A DNA stretch of 64,000 nucleotides from an uncultured Pseudomonadota bacterium (GCA_903885375.1 CAISIK010000223.1:1443-65442); one strand, 5' to 3'; numbered from the stretch's first letter, positions 1 through 10,454 are shown. Notes: a model not told the origin generated them from the letters alone. Made by a program: numbers and translations.

Positions 1-1743
1 GTGGGAAACCAGCCGGTGAGCTGGCTCAGCGATGGGGCGGGCGGCATCTACATCCCGCTCGAGAAGTCCATCGAGACGGTGCGGGGGCTCCTGAGCTTCC
101 CGGTCGACGTGGAGTGGGTGGCCCGGGACCTGCCCGAGTGGGGTCGCAAGGGCGAGATGGCGCTGAACCTGCCCGCGCTCGATGCACCCGTGCAGCAGGC
201 CGAGTGGGAGGTCCACCTGCCCCGCGGCTACCAGGCGCTGCGTCCGCCGCCGGTGGGCGGCAGCCGGGTGCTGATGGCCACCGACCTCCGCGGCGATGTC
301 GTTCTGGAAGACCCCGAAGCCCAGGCCGAGCGCCGCGCCCGCATCGACACCGTCTCCTCCGCGTTGGACAACGCTTCTTCCGCCTACAAGACCAACGACT
401 TCGCCACCGCCCAGCAGTGGCTCGACCACGCCCGCTCCGTCGATGACCAGAACGAGGAGGTGGCGCTCCTGCAGGAGAACCTCGACGTGCTCACGGGCAC
501 GTCCACCAAGAACGACATGGCCAGCCGCAGGGTCAAGGAGCTCGCCAAGGCCAAGACTGGCGGCAAGGCATCCCAGCAGCAGATCGTGGAGAAGGAGGCC
601 GAGCTCGCCTACCGCTCGGGCGACTACGACAAGGCCGAAGCCAAGCTGGAGGAGGCCATCGCGATCGCCACGGAGCTCCAGCAGACGGAGCAGCGGGAGA
701 GCGTGGCCCAGACGAGCCGGATCAGCTCGGCCTCCCAGAAGCTCACCGAGCTGCGCTCGCAGCGGGCCAACAACGGCGACACCACGGCGGGCAGCATCGA
801 GGAGGAACTTGGGGGTCTCGAGGGCGGCCTCATGGGCGGAGTCGCCTTCGGCGCGGAGTCCACCGGCAGCTTCGGATTCGGGATCAGCGGCACCGGCATG
901 GGCGGAGGCGGCGCTGGCGAGGGGCGCCTGGGCGGCGAGGTCACGGACGGTGCAGCCTACGGTACCGACGCGTCCGGCGAGGTCGTGCAGCTGAACGAGC
1001 GGTACGTGGTCACGGGCGATGGCGACTTCGACCAGCGCGACCTCGAGGAGGACATCCCGATGGCCGAGCCGGAAGAGCCCGCGCCCACCCCCACCGTCGC
1101 CGACGCCGAGCGCGTCGTCACCGGCACCACGCTGAGCAAGGACATGCTGGCCCGCGTGCCGGCCTCGCGGAGCTACCAGAGCGTCGTGGGGGGGGCGCGG
1201 GCCGCCCGGGAGCAGAAGCCCGCGGACCGAAACGACGACGAAGGCGTCCCCGAGTCCAAGAAAAAGGCGTCCAAGGCAGAGGGTACCAAGAGCCGGCCGC
1301 TCCCGGTGCTCGCGATGGGCAAGCCGCCCCCCGAGCCCGCCGCCGAGGCCCCGCCCCCGCCGCCGCCCCCGCCCGCCCCTCGGCCAGCGGCTTCGAGCCC
1401 GGCCTTCGCCGCCCCGGCGCAACCACCCGCGACCATCGCCCTCGGCACCCTCGGCTACCTCGCAGCCGAGAAGTCGGTCGCCGATGCGGGCGTAGAATGG
1501 GAGGAGCCGCCCGCCGCGGCCGAGGCGGACGAGGCGCCACCTCCCGACGTCGCCGGCCCGACCAGCGGCAGCGCGCGCCCCCTCCCCGAGCGCCGCGCCG
1601 CGCTGCAAGCCTCCCCCTCCCCGATGGCCCTCGCGCTCCCGCTCGACGGCCCGACCCTGACCACCACCCAGGCGCTCCTCCCCGCAGGGGAGAAGCCCGA
1701 GTTCCGCTTCCGCTACCGCTCCACGCTCAAGGAATCACCATGA
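1..1743 (+). CDS. Hypothetical protein, 5'-truncated by the window; TPR-like helices plus Gly/Pro/Ala-rich low-complexity insert; paralogue of the downstream gene
   Basis: Open frame with strong GC3 bias from base 1 to TGA 1741-1743; ATGA overlap with next CDS; N- and C-terminal segments align by eye with 1740..3569. Confidence 0.7.
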   Translation: MGNQPVSWLSDGAGGIYIPLEKSIETVRGLLSFPVDVEWVARDLPEWGRKGEMALNLPALDAPVQQAEWEVHLPRGYQALRPPPVGGSRVLMATDLRGDVVLEDPEAQAERRARIDTVSSALDNASSAYKTNDFATAQQWLDHARSVDDQNEEVALLQENLDVLTGTSTKNDMASRRVKELAKAKTGGKASQQQIVEKEAELAYRSGDYDKAEAKLEEAIAIATELQQTEQRESVAQTSRISSASQKLTELRSQRANNGDTTAGSIEEELGGLEGGLMGGVAFGAESTGSFGFGISGTGMGGGGAGEGRLGGEVTDGAAYGTDASGEVVQLNERYVVTGDGDFDQRDLEEDIPMAEPEEPAPTPTVADAERVVTGTTLSKDMLARVPASRSYQSVVGGARAAREQKPADRNDDEGVPESKKKASKAEGTKSRPLPVLAMGKPPPEPAAEAPPPPPPPPAPRPAASSPAFAAPAQPPATIALGTLGYLAAEKSVADAGVEWEEPPAAAEADEAPPPDVAGPTSGSARPLPERRAALQASPSPMALALPLDGPTLTTTQALLPAGEKPEFRFRYRSTLKESP

Positions 1744-3569
1744 ACCTCCTCCTCCTCGCGTCTCTCGCCCTGGCGGGCACGTTCAACTCCTCTGAAGGCA
1801 AGGTCGAACTACCGTGGAACGACTTCAACGCGCTCTACACCAAGTACGTGCTCGATCAGCAGAAGCCGCCGGCCTCCCCCCGCGACTGGACCCTCGATCG
1901 GGCGGTCTTCACCGGCACCGTGATCGGCGAGGGCGATGACGCCTACGCCATCGTCAAGCTGAACCTCCGCGGCGCGGTGCACAAGAAGGAAGGGTGGTCC
2001 ACGGTTCCCCTCCTCGGCGCCTCCACGGCGCTCCGCTCCGCCACCATCGGGGGCAAGGACGCCGCCCTCTTCGTGCAGAGCGGGTACTACACCTTCATCA
2101 CCGACAAGCCGGGTCCCTTCGAGGCCAACCTCGAGTTCGCGGTCAAGCTCTTCGAAGCCGACGGCGAGAAGGGCTTCACCCTCCCCTTGCCCTCCGCCGG
2201 CGCCACGGTGGTCGGGCTCGCCGTGAAGAGCGCGGACGACCTGGAGTTCGCCGTCCCCGGCGCCCAGGGCCTCAACGTGACCACCGTCGGCACCGAGCGC
2301 CGCCTCGAGGCCTACGTGCCCTCCATGGCGAGCCTCACCGTGAGCTGGTCGCGCAAGGTCAAGGAGCAGACGGCCGACGAGAAGAAGCGGGAGACCCGCG
2401 TGTACGCCGAAGCGCGCACCCTCATCGGCGTGAGCGAGGGCGTGCTCTCCGGCCGCGCCGACATCGACTACACCGTGCTCCACAACCCCGTGGAGCGCTT
2501 CAAGGTGAGCCTCCCCGCCGACGCCACCGTCCTCGAAGTGCGCGGCAACGGCATCCGCACGTGGTCGCAGGCCAAGGACGGCACCATCGACGTGGAGCTG
2601 AACTACGGGGCCGAGGGCCTCTACCGCCTCGGCATCGACTACGAGCGCACCCTCCAGGCCGGCGCCAACCTGCCGCTCGTGGCGCTGATCGGTGTCACGC
2701 GGGAGACCGACTACGTCGGCGTCGATGCCCGCAGCGCCGTGGAGCTCGTGGCGAAAGCGGCCACCGGGGCCGTCCCCATCGACGTTCGGGAGCTTCCGGC
2801 CGCCCTCACCGGCCAGACCGACTACCCCGTGCTGCTCGCCTACCGGGCGCGCGGCGGCGACGTGAAGATTCCCCTCGACGTGCGCCAGCACCCCGACATG
2901 GACATGCTGGTCACCCTCGTGGACACCGCGGCCGCCGAGACGCTGGTCACCGAGGATGGTCGCCGCATGACGCGGGTGCGCTACGGCGTGCGGAACAACC
3001 GCAAGCAGTTCCTGAACCTCAAGCTGCCCGACGGCGCCGAGGTCTGGAGCGCGTCGGTGGCCGGCCGGGGCGTGAAGGTGTCCCGCGGCGAAAAGGGCGA
3101 CGTGCTGGTGCCGCTGGTGCGCAGCGATGCTTCCGGGGGCGCGCTCACCGCCTTCCTCGTGGAGCTGGTGTACGTGGAGGCGGGCGCCGAGCTCGCCAAC
3201 GGTCGCGGCGCGCTCGAGGTGCACCTCCCCACCGTGGACGCGCCCTCCAGCATCCTCCAGTGGACGGTCTACATCCCCGCCACCGCCACCATCGTCCCGC
3301 GCACCTCGAAGGGCAGCGTCCGCCGCGTGGACTGGTTCTCCGCGGCGCCGGTGCTGCCGGCCGAGGCCGTCGTCACCTCCAACGCGCAGCAGGCCGTGCG
3401 CGCCGAGGTCCAGAACCAGGGTGAAACGGGCGCGCTCGGGCAGGGCGTGGAGCCGGTCGAGGTCCAGCTCCCCCTCTCCGGGAACGCCTACACCTTCGAG
3501 AAGACGCTCGTCCTCGACGAGGGCCTCTGGGTCGGGTTCGACTACAAGCACAAGGTCAAGGTTCGTTAG
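1740..3569 (+). CDS. Hypothetical secreted beta-rich protein
   Basis: ATG 1740 coupled to upstream stop (ATGA), AAGGA RBS, signal peptide MNLLLLASLALAG. Confidence 0.8.
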   Translation: MNLLLLASLALAGTFNSSEGKVELPWNDFNALYTKYVLDQQKPPASPRDWTLDRAVFTGTVIGEGDDAYAIVKLNLRGAVHKKEGWSTVPLLGASTALRSATIGGKDAALFVQSGYYTFITDKPGPFEANLEFAVKLFEADGEKGFTLPLPSAGATVVGLAVKSADDLEFAVPGAQGLNVTTVGTERRLEAYVPSMASLTVSWSRKVKEQTADEKKRETRVYAEARTLIGVSEGVLSGRADIDYTVLHNPVERFKVSLPADATVLEVRGNGIRTWSQAKDGTIDVELNYGAEGLYRLGIDYERTLQAGANLPLVALIGVTRETDYVGVDARSAVELVAKAATGAVPIDVRELPAALTGQTDYPVLLAYRARGGDVKIPLDVRQHPDMDMLVTLVDTAAAETLVTEDGRRMTRVRYGVRNNRKQFLNLKLPDGAEVWSASVAGRGVKVSRGEKGDVLVPLVRSDASGGALTAFLVELVYVEAGAELANGRGALEVHLPTVDAPSSILQWTVYIPATATIVPRTSKGSVRRVDWFSAAPVLPAEAVVTSNAQQAVRAEVQNQGETGALGQGVEPVEVQLPLSGNAYTFEKTLVLDEGLWVGFDYKHKVKVR

Positions 3570-3683
3570 TCCAGGCAGCGGAGCGGCGGCGCCCGGCCCC
3601 GGTCGGCGCCGCCCCGCTCCCCGGGCCGGAGTGATGGGGCGCCGCCTTGGCGGCAACCGCCCGGGGGCGCTAAGCGCCGCGCC

Positions 3684-4553
3684 ATGGCCACCGGTCTACT
3701 CGCGCTCCTCGACGACATCTCCAGCATCGCCGATGGCGTGGCCTCGCTCACCGCGGCCGCCGCCAAGAAGACCAGCGGCATCGTCACCGACGACATGGCC
3801 GTCACGGCGGAGCAGGCCGTCGGCATCCGCCGCGAACGCGAAATCCCCGTGGTGCTCGCGGTCGCGAAGGGCTCGATGAAGAACAAGGCGCTCTACCTCG
3901 CGCCGGCCGCCCTCGGGCTCAACGCGGTGGCGCCCTGGGCCATCACCCCGCTCCTGATGGTCGGCGGCACCTACCTCGCCTACGAAGGGGTGGAGAAGGT
4001 GCTCCACTGGGGGAAGACCGGCGATGGCGACGACACCGACCTCGCCATCACCGACCCCGAGGAGTTCGAGCGGTCGCGCATCGCCGGCGCCACCCGCACC
4101 GACTTCATCCTCAGCGCCGAGATCATCGCCATCTCGCTCGGCGAGGTGGCCGAGGCGCCCTTTCTCTCGCAGGTCGTGGCGCTGTACGCCATCTCGGTGG
4201 TGATGACCGTCGGGGTGTACGGCATGGTGGCCGGCCTGGTCAAGATCGACGATCTGGGTGAATACCTCGCGCTCAAGGGAGGGCCGCGCGCCCGCATCGG
4301 CATGCTGCTGGTGCAGGGCACACCCTGGCTCATGAAGGGAATCTCCATCGTCGGCACGTTGGCGATGTTGATGGTCGGCGGCCACATCCTCATCGAGGGC
4401 GTTCCGCCGTTGCACCACCTCGAGGTCGAGCTGATCCACGGGCTCCCGTTCGAGTGGCTGCTCTCCTCGCTCGCCGGGGCCGCCGTGGGCGGCGTGGCTG
4501 GCCTGCTCACGATCGGCGCGCTCGCCCTCTGGTCCCGGCTCAAGCGGAAGTAG
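3684..4553 (+). CDS. DUF808 / YedI-family inner membrane protein
   Basis: Family-typical N-terminus GLLALLDDI..AAKKT.G...DD.AV..RE.PVV.AVAKGS..NK; RTDFILSAEI motif; several TM segments. Confidence 0.85.
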   Translation: MATGLLALLDDISSIADGVASLTAAAAKKTSGIVTDDMAVTAEQAVGIRREREIPVVLAVAKGSMKNKALYLAPAALGLNAVAPWAITPLLMVGGTYLAYEGVEKVLHWGKTGDGDDTDLAITDPEEFERSRIAGATRTDFILSAEIIAISLGEVAEAPFLSQVVALYAISVVMTVGVYGMVAGLVKIDDLGEYLALKGGPRARIGMLLVQGTPWLMKGISIVGTLAMLMVGGHILIEGVPPLHHLEVELIHGLPFEWLLSSLAGAAVGGVAGLLTIGALALWSRLKRK

Positions 4554-4569
4554 GCGGATAGGGAGCCCG

Positions 4570-5448
4570 ATGCGCGATGTACTCGAGGAGCTCCTCCACC
4601 AGCTGCGCCTGGAGCGTATCGAGGAGCGCATCTTCCGCGGGCAGAGCCAGGACCTCGGTTGGGGCGCCGTTTTCGGGGGTCAGGTGCTCGGCCAGGCCCT
4701 CTCCGCGGCCGCCCAGACCGTGCCCCCCGAGCGCGGCGTGCACTCCATGCACGCCTACTTCCTCCGCCAGGGCGATGCGCGGGCGCCGATCGTCTACGAG
4801 GTGGAGCCCGCCCGCGACGGGGGCACCTTCACCACCCGCCGGGTGGTGGCGGTGCAGCACGGCCAGCCGATCTTCATCCTCAGCGCGAGCTTCCAGGTCG
4901 AGGAGGGCGGCTACGACCACGCCGAGCCGGCACCGCTCGATGTGGCGGGCCCCGACGGGCTCCTGAGCGAGCAGGAGTTGGCCCAGCGGGTGGCCGACGA
5001 GATTCCCGAGCCGCTCCGGGCCATGGCGCTTGCCGACCGCCCCATCGAAATCCGGCCGGTCACGCGGTGGAACCTGCTGCGCCCCGCCAAGCTCCCGCCC
5101 CGTCGCCAGCTCTGGTACCGCGCGTCGAGCCGCCTCCCCGACGATCCGGCCGTGCACCGCTACCTGCTCGCCTACGCGAGCGACTTCAACTTCCTCCCCA
5201 CCGCGATGATGCCGCACGGGGTGAGCTGGGTCACCCCGGGGATGCAGGTGGCGAGCCTCGACCACGCCATGTGGTTCCACCGCCCCTTCCGCTTCGATGA
5301 GTGGCTGCTCTACGACGTCCAGAGCCCCTCCGCGAGCGGCGGCCGCGGCCTCGTGCTCGGGCGCTTCTACACCCGCGATGGCCTGCTCGTGGCCTCCGTG
5401 GCGCAGGAAGGGCTCATGCGGAACCGCAGCGTGAGCTGGGCCGGCTGA
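4570..5448 (+). CDS. tesB: Acyl-CoA thioesterase II
   Basis: VFGGQVLGQAL, HSMHAYFLR, RDGGTFTTRRV, LLAYASD, ASLDHAMWFHRP, VASVAQEGLMR. Confidence 0.95.
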   Translation: MRDVLEELLHQLRLERIEERIFRGQSQDLGWGAVFGGQVLGQALSAAAQTVPPERGVHSMHAYFLRQGDARAPIVYEVEPARDGGTFTTRRVVAVQHGQPIFILSASFQVEEGGYDHAEPAPLDVAGPDGLLSEQELAQRVADEIPEPLRAMALADRPIEIRPVTRWNLLRPAKLPPRRQLWYRASSRLPDDPAVHRYLLAYASDFNFLPTAMMPHGVSWVTPGMQVASLDHAMWFHRPFRFDEWLLYDVQSPSASGGRGLVLGRFYTRDGLLVASVAQEGLMRNRSVSWAG

Positions 5449-5482
5449 CCGTTCGCGGCGCGGGCGCGGGGGGCGCCTCCCT

Positions 5483-6862
5483 TCACGGGCTCCCGTCGCA
5501 GGCGTCACCCACGCCGTCGCCATCGCCGTCGGCCTGATCGGGGCGCCAGTCGCCGTCGGGGTCGAGGGAGGGCACCAGCGTGGTGGCGGGCGCGCCGGCA
5601 TCGAGCAGCCGAACGGCCTGGCCCCAGCCTCCGCCCCAGTCGCGCACCTTCACCAGGAGCGTGTTCCGACCGACCTCGGCCACGACCTCGGCCTGGAACT
5701 GGTCGGCGTTCACGCCCTGGCAGCTCCCCACGTCCATCACCTGCACGCCGTTCCACCACGCGAACACGCCGTCGTCGGCGCCGAGGGACACGGTGAGGGG
5801 CCGGCTGTCCGCGCTGTCGAGGTACACGAGGGTGTAGGACTCGCGGGAGGGGCTGGCCGAGCCGTAGGGGATGAGAAGGTCGTAATACCCTGTTTCTACG
5901 AGCGCGATCGTCCAGACTGTATCACCCGCTGCATCACCCGCCGCGGGGGCCAACGGGCCATCCTCGCCCACGAAGGCGAACTCGCTCGGCCGGCATTCGG
6001 CCGTGGTTTCTCCGCCCGTGAAGGGGCCGGCGCTGAGCCAGGTTGTGATGTACCCGTCGGCCGTGAGGGAAGGCGCGGGGGTGAGCGGGCCGTTGCTCAG
6101 GTCCGGGCAGTTGTCCGCTTCGTTGTCGAGCCCATCACCATCCCGGTCGGTGTCGCAGGAGTCGGGGATGGTGTCGGCGTCGCCATCGGCGCCGGAGGCC
6201 GGCGCCCCGATGGTGAGCGGGTCGGGCGAGGTGAGGGCCACACTGTAGTCGGGCACGAGCGTGCCGTTCACGGCGCTCGCACACACGGCCCAGGTGCCCC
6301 CCTCCACCCAGCGGGCACCGGGGGCGCTCAACGGGTCGAGGTGGGCGCAGCCGCTCGCGTCGGGCGCGCCGGAGGCGAGCATCGTGCCGTCGGGCGCGTG
6401 CAAGGAAAACGTCAGCGAGGTGCTGCAGGGGGCCAGCTCCACGAGCTCCACGGCGCCACAGGCCGGCACCTCGATCGACCAGCAGTCGGTGTCCCCCTCC
6501 AGGAGGCTGCCGTTGCCCTCCCCCTGCAGGGCGGAGGCCTCGGCCCACGTGTTGTTGGGTTCGACCTCGGGGGTACCCGTCTCCGCCGCGCAGCGGCCGT
6601 TGCAGCCATCGCCCCCGAAACCGGCTCCGTCGTCACACGTTTCTCCGCTGTCCACCACGAGATCGCCGCACCGGGGCAACCGGCAGTCCGACCGGCATGT
6701 ATCAGCGGATGTATCGCTGTTGGCCCCGCCGTCATCACATTCCTCGTCGGCATCCAGCACCGAATCCCCACATCCGGGAGGCACGAAGACCTCGTCCTCC
6801 ACGGGGGGAGCCGTGTCGGCGGGGTTGTTGCAGGCCGCCACGAGCCAGAGCAGTCGGAGCAT
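5483..6862 (-). CDS. Lipoprotein with myxobacterial Cys-rich (DUF4215-like) repeats, PPC-like domain, thrombospondin type-3 repeats and PA14-like domain
   Basis: Lipobox LVAAC; CGD...EECDDG repeats; EVEPNNT..GDTDCW; DxDxDG...DNCP; SLGADDGVFAWWNG; start moved to ATG 6862. Confidence 0.75.
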   Translation of the reverse strand: MLRLLWLVAACNNPADTAPPVEDEVFVPPGCGDSVLDADEECDDGGANSDTSADTCRSDCRLPRCGDLVVDSGETCDDGAGFGGDGCNGRCAAETGTPEVEPNNTWAEASALQGEGNGSLLEGDTDCWSIEVPACGAVELVELAPCSTSLTFSLHAPDGTMLASGAPDASGCAHLDPLSAPGARWVEGGTWAVCASAVNGTLVPDYSVALTSPDPLTIGAPASGADGDADTIPDSCDTDRDGDGLDNEADNCPDLSNGPLTPAPSLTADGYITTWLSAGPFTGGETTAECRPSEFAFVGEDGPLAPAAGDAAGDTVWTIALVETGYYDLLIPYGSASPSRESYTLVYLDSADSRPLTVSLGADDGVFAWWNGVQVMDVGSCQGVNADQFQAEVVAEVGRNTLLVKVRDWGGGWGQAVRLLDAGAPATTLVPSLDPDGDWRPDQADGDGDGVGDACDGSP

Positions 6863-6920
6863 GGCGCGCAGTGTACCCATTCCCACCGGCGTGCGGGAGT
6901 GTGCGCTACACTCCGCGTCC

Positions 6921-8636
6921 ATGTTCCTCCTCGTCGCCTTCGGCCTCGCCGACGACCGCGTGCTCCTCGGCGAAGGCCCGGAGGCCACCTCCCTCGCCGA
7001 GCTCGTGCGGAGCGGCATGGTCAAGGGCCGAAGCGGTGCCCTCGTGGGGCAGCTCCGGCCCGGTCACGCGATGCCCGCGGTGGCCGGCGTGAACGGCGTG
7101 GATGCGCTCCCGGACGGTGTGGTTCGCCTGCGGCTGGCGGCCGGCACGGATGACCTCGCGCTCGCCCGCCGGCTCCACACGCATCCGGCCTTCGCCTGGA
7201 TCCACCCCGACCTGGTCCTGAACCTCGTCCCCTCGCGGGTGCCCGACGACCCCTACTACGTGGACGAGTGGCACCTCGACAACACCGGTCAGGGGGGCCG
7301 CACCGGCAGCGTGGACATCAACGCACCGACCGCGTGGGACATGGCCACGGGCGCCGGCGTCACCATCGCCGTGCTCGACTCGGGCGTGCAGCTCGACCAC
7401 CCGGACCTCGTGGTGCAGAGCGGCCACGACTACATCGACGACGACGACGATGCCTCGCCCGGCGCGGACTCCTCCGGCCCGCACGGCACCGGCGTGGCCG
7501 GCATCGCCGGAGCCCGCGGCAACAACGCCTACGGCGTGGCCGGCGTGGCGTGGGAGGCCGACCTCTACGCCATCCGCCTCATCGGCGGCAACACCACCAC
7601 GAGCGACCTCTACAGCGCCTTCTCCGAGGCCGTGGATGCCGGCGCCGGCGTGCTGAACAACTCCTGGGGCTTCGGCGGGTGCGGGCAGGTGTCCGACTCG
7701 GCCATCTTCACGCAGATGTTCAAGTACGCCGAGCGCAAGGGCCGCGGCGGCCTCGGCTCGGTGGTGGTCTTCGCGGCGGGCAACGACGGCTGCGACAACT
7801 CCGACGACCCCATGCTCAGCAACGACGCCGCGGTGGTGGTGGCCGCGCTCGAATGGTGGGACCAGCGCGCCTCCTACAGCAACTGGGGCGACGACATCCG
7901 CATCGCCGCCCCCACGAGCATCCTCACCACCGACATCACCTCGGGCGGCTACGGCAGCTACGGCGGCGACGATGCGCTGGCCGACGGCTTCTCCGGCACG
8001 AGCGGCGCCTCGCCGGTGGTGGCCGGCGTGGTGGCCCTCATGCTGGAGGCGAACCCCAGGGCGACCTCCGAACAGGTGCGCGATGTCCTCTGCCAGACGG
8101 CCCGGCGCAACGATCTGGGCGGCGCCGACTGGGACGAGACGGGGTGGAGCCCCTACTACGGCTGCGGTAGCATCGATGCCGGGGCGGCCGTGGCCACGAT
8201 CGCCAACGCGGCGCCGGCGGCCCCCGTGCCGCGCCTCGTGCGCGACGTGGTCTTCCCCGAGCACATCCTCCTCGGCTGGGAGCCCGCGGTCGATGCCGAT
8301 GGCGATGTGAGCGCCTACACCGTGGAGTACTGGCTCGATGGTGACGAAGAGACCGTCGTCACCACCACCGTGACCAGCGACGTGCTCGACCTCTCCGACC
8401 AGCTCGCGGCGGGGATCGAGGTCACCTGGCGGGTGGCCGCGCTCGACCCCTGGGGAGCCGGCGAGTGGAGCGTGGAGACCCGCTTCTCGATCGAGGACCC
8501 GCCCACAAGCAACGGCGAGGACCCGGCGGGCGAAGTCGAGGATCCCCCGGGCACCTGCGCCACCGGTAGGTCACCCCCCTCCGCCCTGGCCGCGCTCCTC
8601 GTCGCCGGTGCGGTCCGCCGCCGACGCAAGCGCTGA
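6921..8636 (+). CDS. S8 (subtilisin-like) serine peptidase with FN3-like domain and MYXO-CTERM-like tail
   Basis: Triad motifs IAVLDSG, HGTGVAG, FSGTSGASP; oxyanion FAAGN; C-terminal GTCATG..hydrophobic..RRRRKR. Confidence 0.92.
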   Translation: MFLLVAFGLADDRVLLGEGPEATSLAELVRSGMVKGRSGALVGQLRPGHAMPAVAGVNGVDALPDGVVRLRLAAGTDDLALARRLHTHPAFAWIHPDLVLNLVPSRVPDDPYYVDEWHLDNTGQGGRTGSVDINAPTAWDMATGAGVTIAVLDSGVQLDHPDLVVQSGHDYIDDDDDASPGADSSGPHGTGVAGIAGARGNNAYGVAGVAWEADLYAIRLIGGNTTTSDLYSAFSEAVDAGAGVLNNSWGFGGCGQVSDSAIFTQMFKYAERKGRGGLGSVVVFAAGNDGCDNSDDPMLSNDAAVVVAALEWWDQRASYSNWGDDIRIAAPTSILTTDITSGGYGSYGGDDALADGFSGTSGASPVVAGVVALMLEANPRATSEQVRDVLCQTARRNDLGGADWDETGWSPYYGCGSIDAGAAVATIANAAPAAPVPRLVRDVVFPEHILLGWEPAVDADGDVSAYTVEYWLDGDEETVVTTTVTSDVLDLSDQLAAGIEVTWRVAALDPWGAGEWSVETRFSIEDPPTSNGEDPAGEVEDPPGTCATGRSPPSALAALLVAGAVRRRRKR

Positions 8637-8663
8637 ACCGGGTCCGCGCTACATTGCCGCCCC

Positions 8664-10454
8664 ATGCAAAAGCCCGTTGAGCTGGTTCCCGTTCCGCCTC
8701 CTCCGCCCGAGCAGCGCGTGTCCCGCGCGGCAGGGTTCGCGGAGGGTGGCGCCCGCCGGGACCGTTATACGCTGCCGGAGGAGCTGCATTCTGGCAATCC
8801 GGTCGGCTACCGCACCCGCCCCTCGCTCACGACGGCCGAAGCCGCAGCCGCGAGCTGGCTCCTCTCGTTGGAGCCGCCGAGCGCCTTCGTACCCGGCGCT
8901 GCGCCCACCGAATCCGAGCTGTTTCACGAGGCCGCCCTCGGGGTGCTGAGCGCCCGGCAGTCCACCAACTACCTCGGCCACCGGCAGGCCACCCTTGGAG
9001 AGGCCGACTCCGCCCGCCTTGCCGCCCTGCTCGGTGAGCTCCGCGGCCACGAACGCCCGGTGCTGCCCGGGGCGCAGTACACCCATGTCGCGTTCACCCG
9101 GCCCTACCGCACGGCCTTCACCTTCCTGCTCACCTTCATCGGCCACGCTGCCTTCAGTTCGCTCTTCACGGTGCCGCGGCGCGCCTGGCAGAAGCGGTTC
9201 CACCACGCCGACGACATCCCCACCATCGGGTACCTGCAGCACCTGCACGTGGGCATCTGGGCCGATGCCAGCGAGCGGGCGGCCGTGCTCGCCTCCTCCG
9301 GGCGGCGCCGGGCGAACGTGCTCATGCGGGCGTTCTCGGGAGCCGCGGCCCAGGAAGCCGGCGGCCCGGTGCTCCGGCGCATCGAGGAGCTCGCCGGGCT
9401 CACGGCCGAGGAACGTGCGGCCGGCTGGCGCATCGCGTTCGTGGCGCAAGTGGGGGCCACCGCCGAGCCCGCCCCCCTCGACGAGCCCACGTGCCGCAAG
9501 CTGGGCGCCACCCTCCTCTCCTTGCGGTCGGAGCGCATCCAGCCGGGCGTGAACGCCGAGGAGAAGGCACCGGCGCCCTACCGCACCCGCCAGGACATGG
9601 ATGTTCCCGAGCGCCTCCCCGAGATGGCCGGGCGCGCCGCCTACAACGCCTTCTGCCACTGGACGGGCGTGGAACGCGACACCGCCAAGCGCCTCCTGCT
9701 CCTCGAGCGGATCGACGTGCTCACCGACGGCGGCAAGGAGCGGCTGCGCGGCGTGCGGAAGGACCTCGAGGACATCACCGATCGGGTGGTGGAAGGCATT
9801 CCCTTGTGGGCCGACCTCCCCACGCTCAACGCGCTCAGCAAGAACGCGATGCGCGGGAAGAAGGCTTTTGCCCTCGCGGGCCAGCGCATCTACGTCGGCG
9901 GGCTCTCCCGGCCGGAGGTCACCGCGGCCGGGCTCGACTTCACCCATGCGGTGCGGGCGTTCGGCGCTGCCTCGGCCCGCTCGGCGCTCGTCTGCGAGCT
10001 GTCCGGCTGCCTCGACATCCCGGAAGGGTGCGATCTGCTCGCCGGTATCTGCCTCATGGCCGGTCCGGTGAACCAGAACGACATCGGCAAGCAGTTCTAC
10101 GGCTACAAGGACCTGCTGGCCGAGGCCTTCGCCGGCCGCGATCCCACCTCGCTGCTGGTCTGGACGTTGAAGGCGAAGACGGTGGCCGACCCCATCGGCA
10201 ACGAGGAGCAGCTCCTCAACGCCCGGCGCAAGGGGGCGCTGGTGGACCTTCGCCCCGCCCCGCACGAGGTGGTCTGGATGCAGATCGAAGGGCGTCGGTC
10301 GCCCATGCGCCGGCGCGACAGCCGCACCAACGGCGAGCGGGCGTTCGCCGACCAGGACAACTTCGTCCGCGATCAAGGCGGATTGGAGATTCCGGGAAAC
10401 CGGGGTTCGGCCTGGCCCGCGGCCTGGTCCGGGGAGAACCCATGGTCCCGGTGA
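8664..10454 (+). CDS. Hypothetical cytoplasmic protein (596 aa), family not recognised
   Basis: Long ORF with host-like codon bias and globular composition; TGATG coupling to next gene. Confidence 0.75.
   Translation: MQKPVELVPVPPPPPEQRVSRAAGFAEGGARRDRYTLPEELHSGNPVGYRTRPSLTTAEAAAASWLLSLEPPSAFVPGAAPTESELFHEAALGVLSARQSTNYLGHRQATLGEADSARLAALLGELRGHERPVLPGAQYTHVAFTRPYRTAFTFLLTFIGHAAFSSLFTVPRRAWQKRFHHADDIPTIGYLQHLHVGIWADASERAAVLASSGRRRANVLMRAFSGAAAQEAGGPVLRRIEELAGLTAEERAAGWRIAFVAQVGATAEPAPLDEPTCRKLGATLLSLRSERIQPGVNAEEKAPAPYRTRQDMDVPERLPEMAGRAAYNAFCHWTGVERDTAKRLLLLERIDVLTDGGKERLRGVRKDLEDITDRVVEGIPLWADLPTLNALSKNAMRGKKAFALAGQRIYVGGLSRPEVTAAGLDFTHAVRAFGAASARSALVCELSGCLDIPEGCDLLAGICLMAGPVNQNDIGKQFYGYKDLLAEAFAGRDPTSLLVWTLKAKTVADPIGNEEQLLNARRKGALVDLRPAPHEVVWMQIEGRRSPMRRRDSRTNGERAFADQDNFVRDQGGLEIPGNRGSAWPAAWSGENPWSR

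Noticed and set aside
3579-3620. GC-rich inverted repeat as an ncRNA or REP element
   Set aside because: Imperfect hairpin, no clear second copy and no U-tract; expected by chance at this GC content
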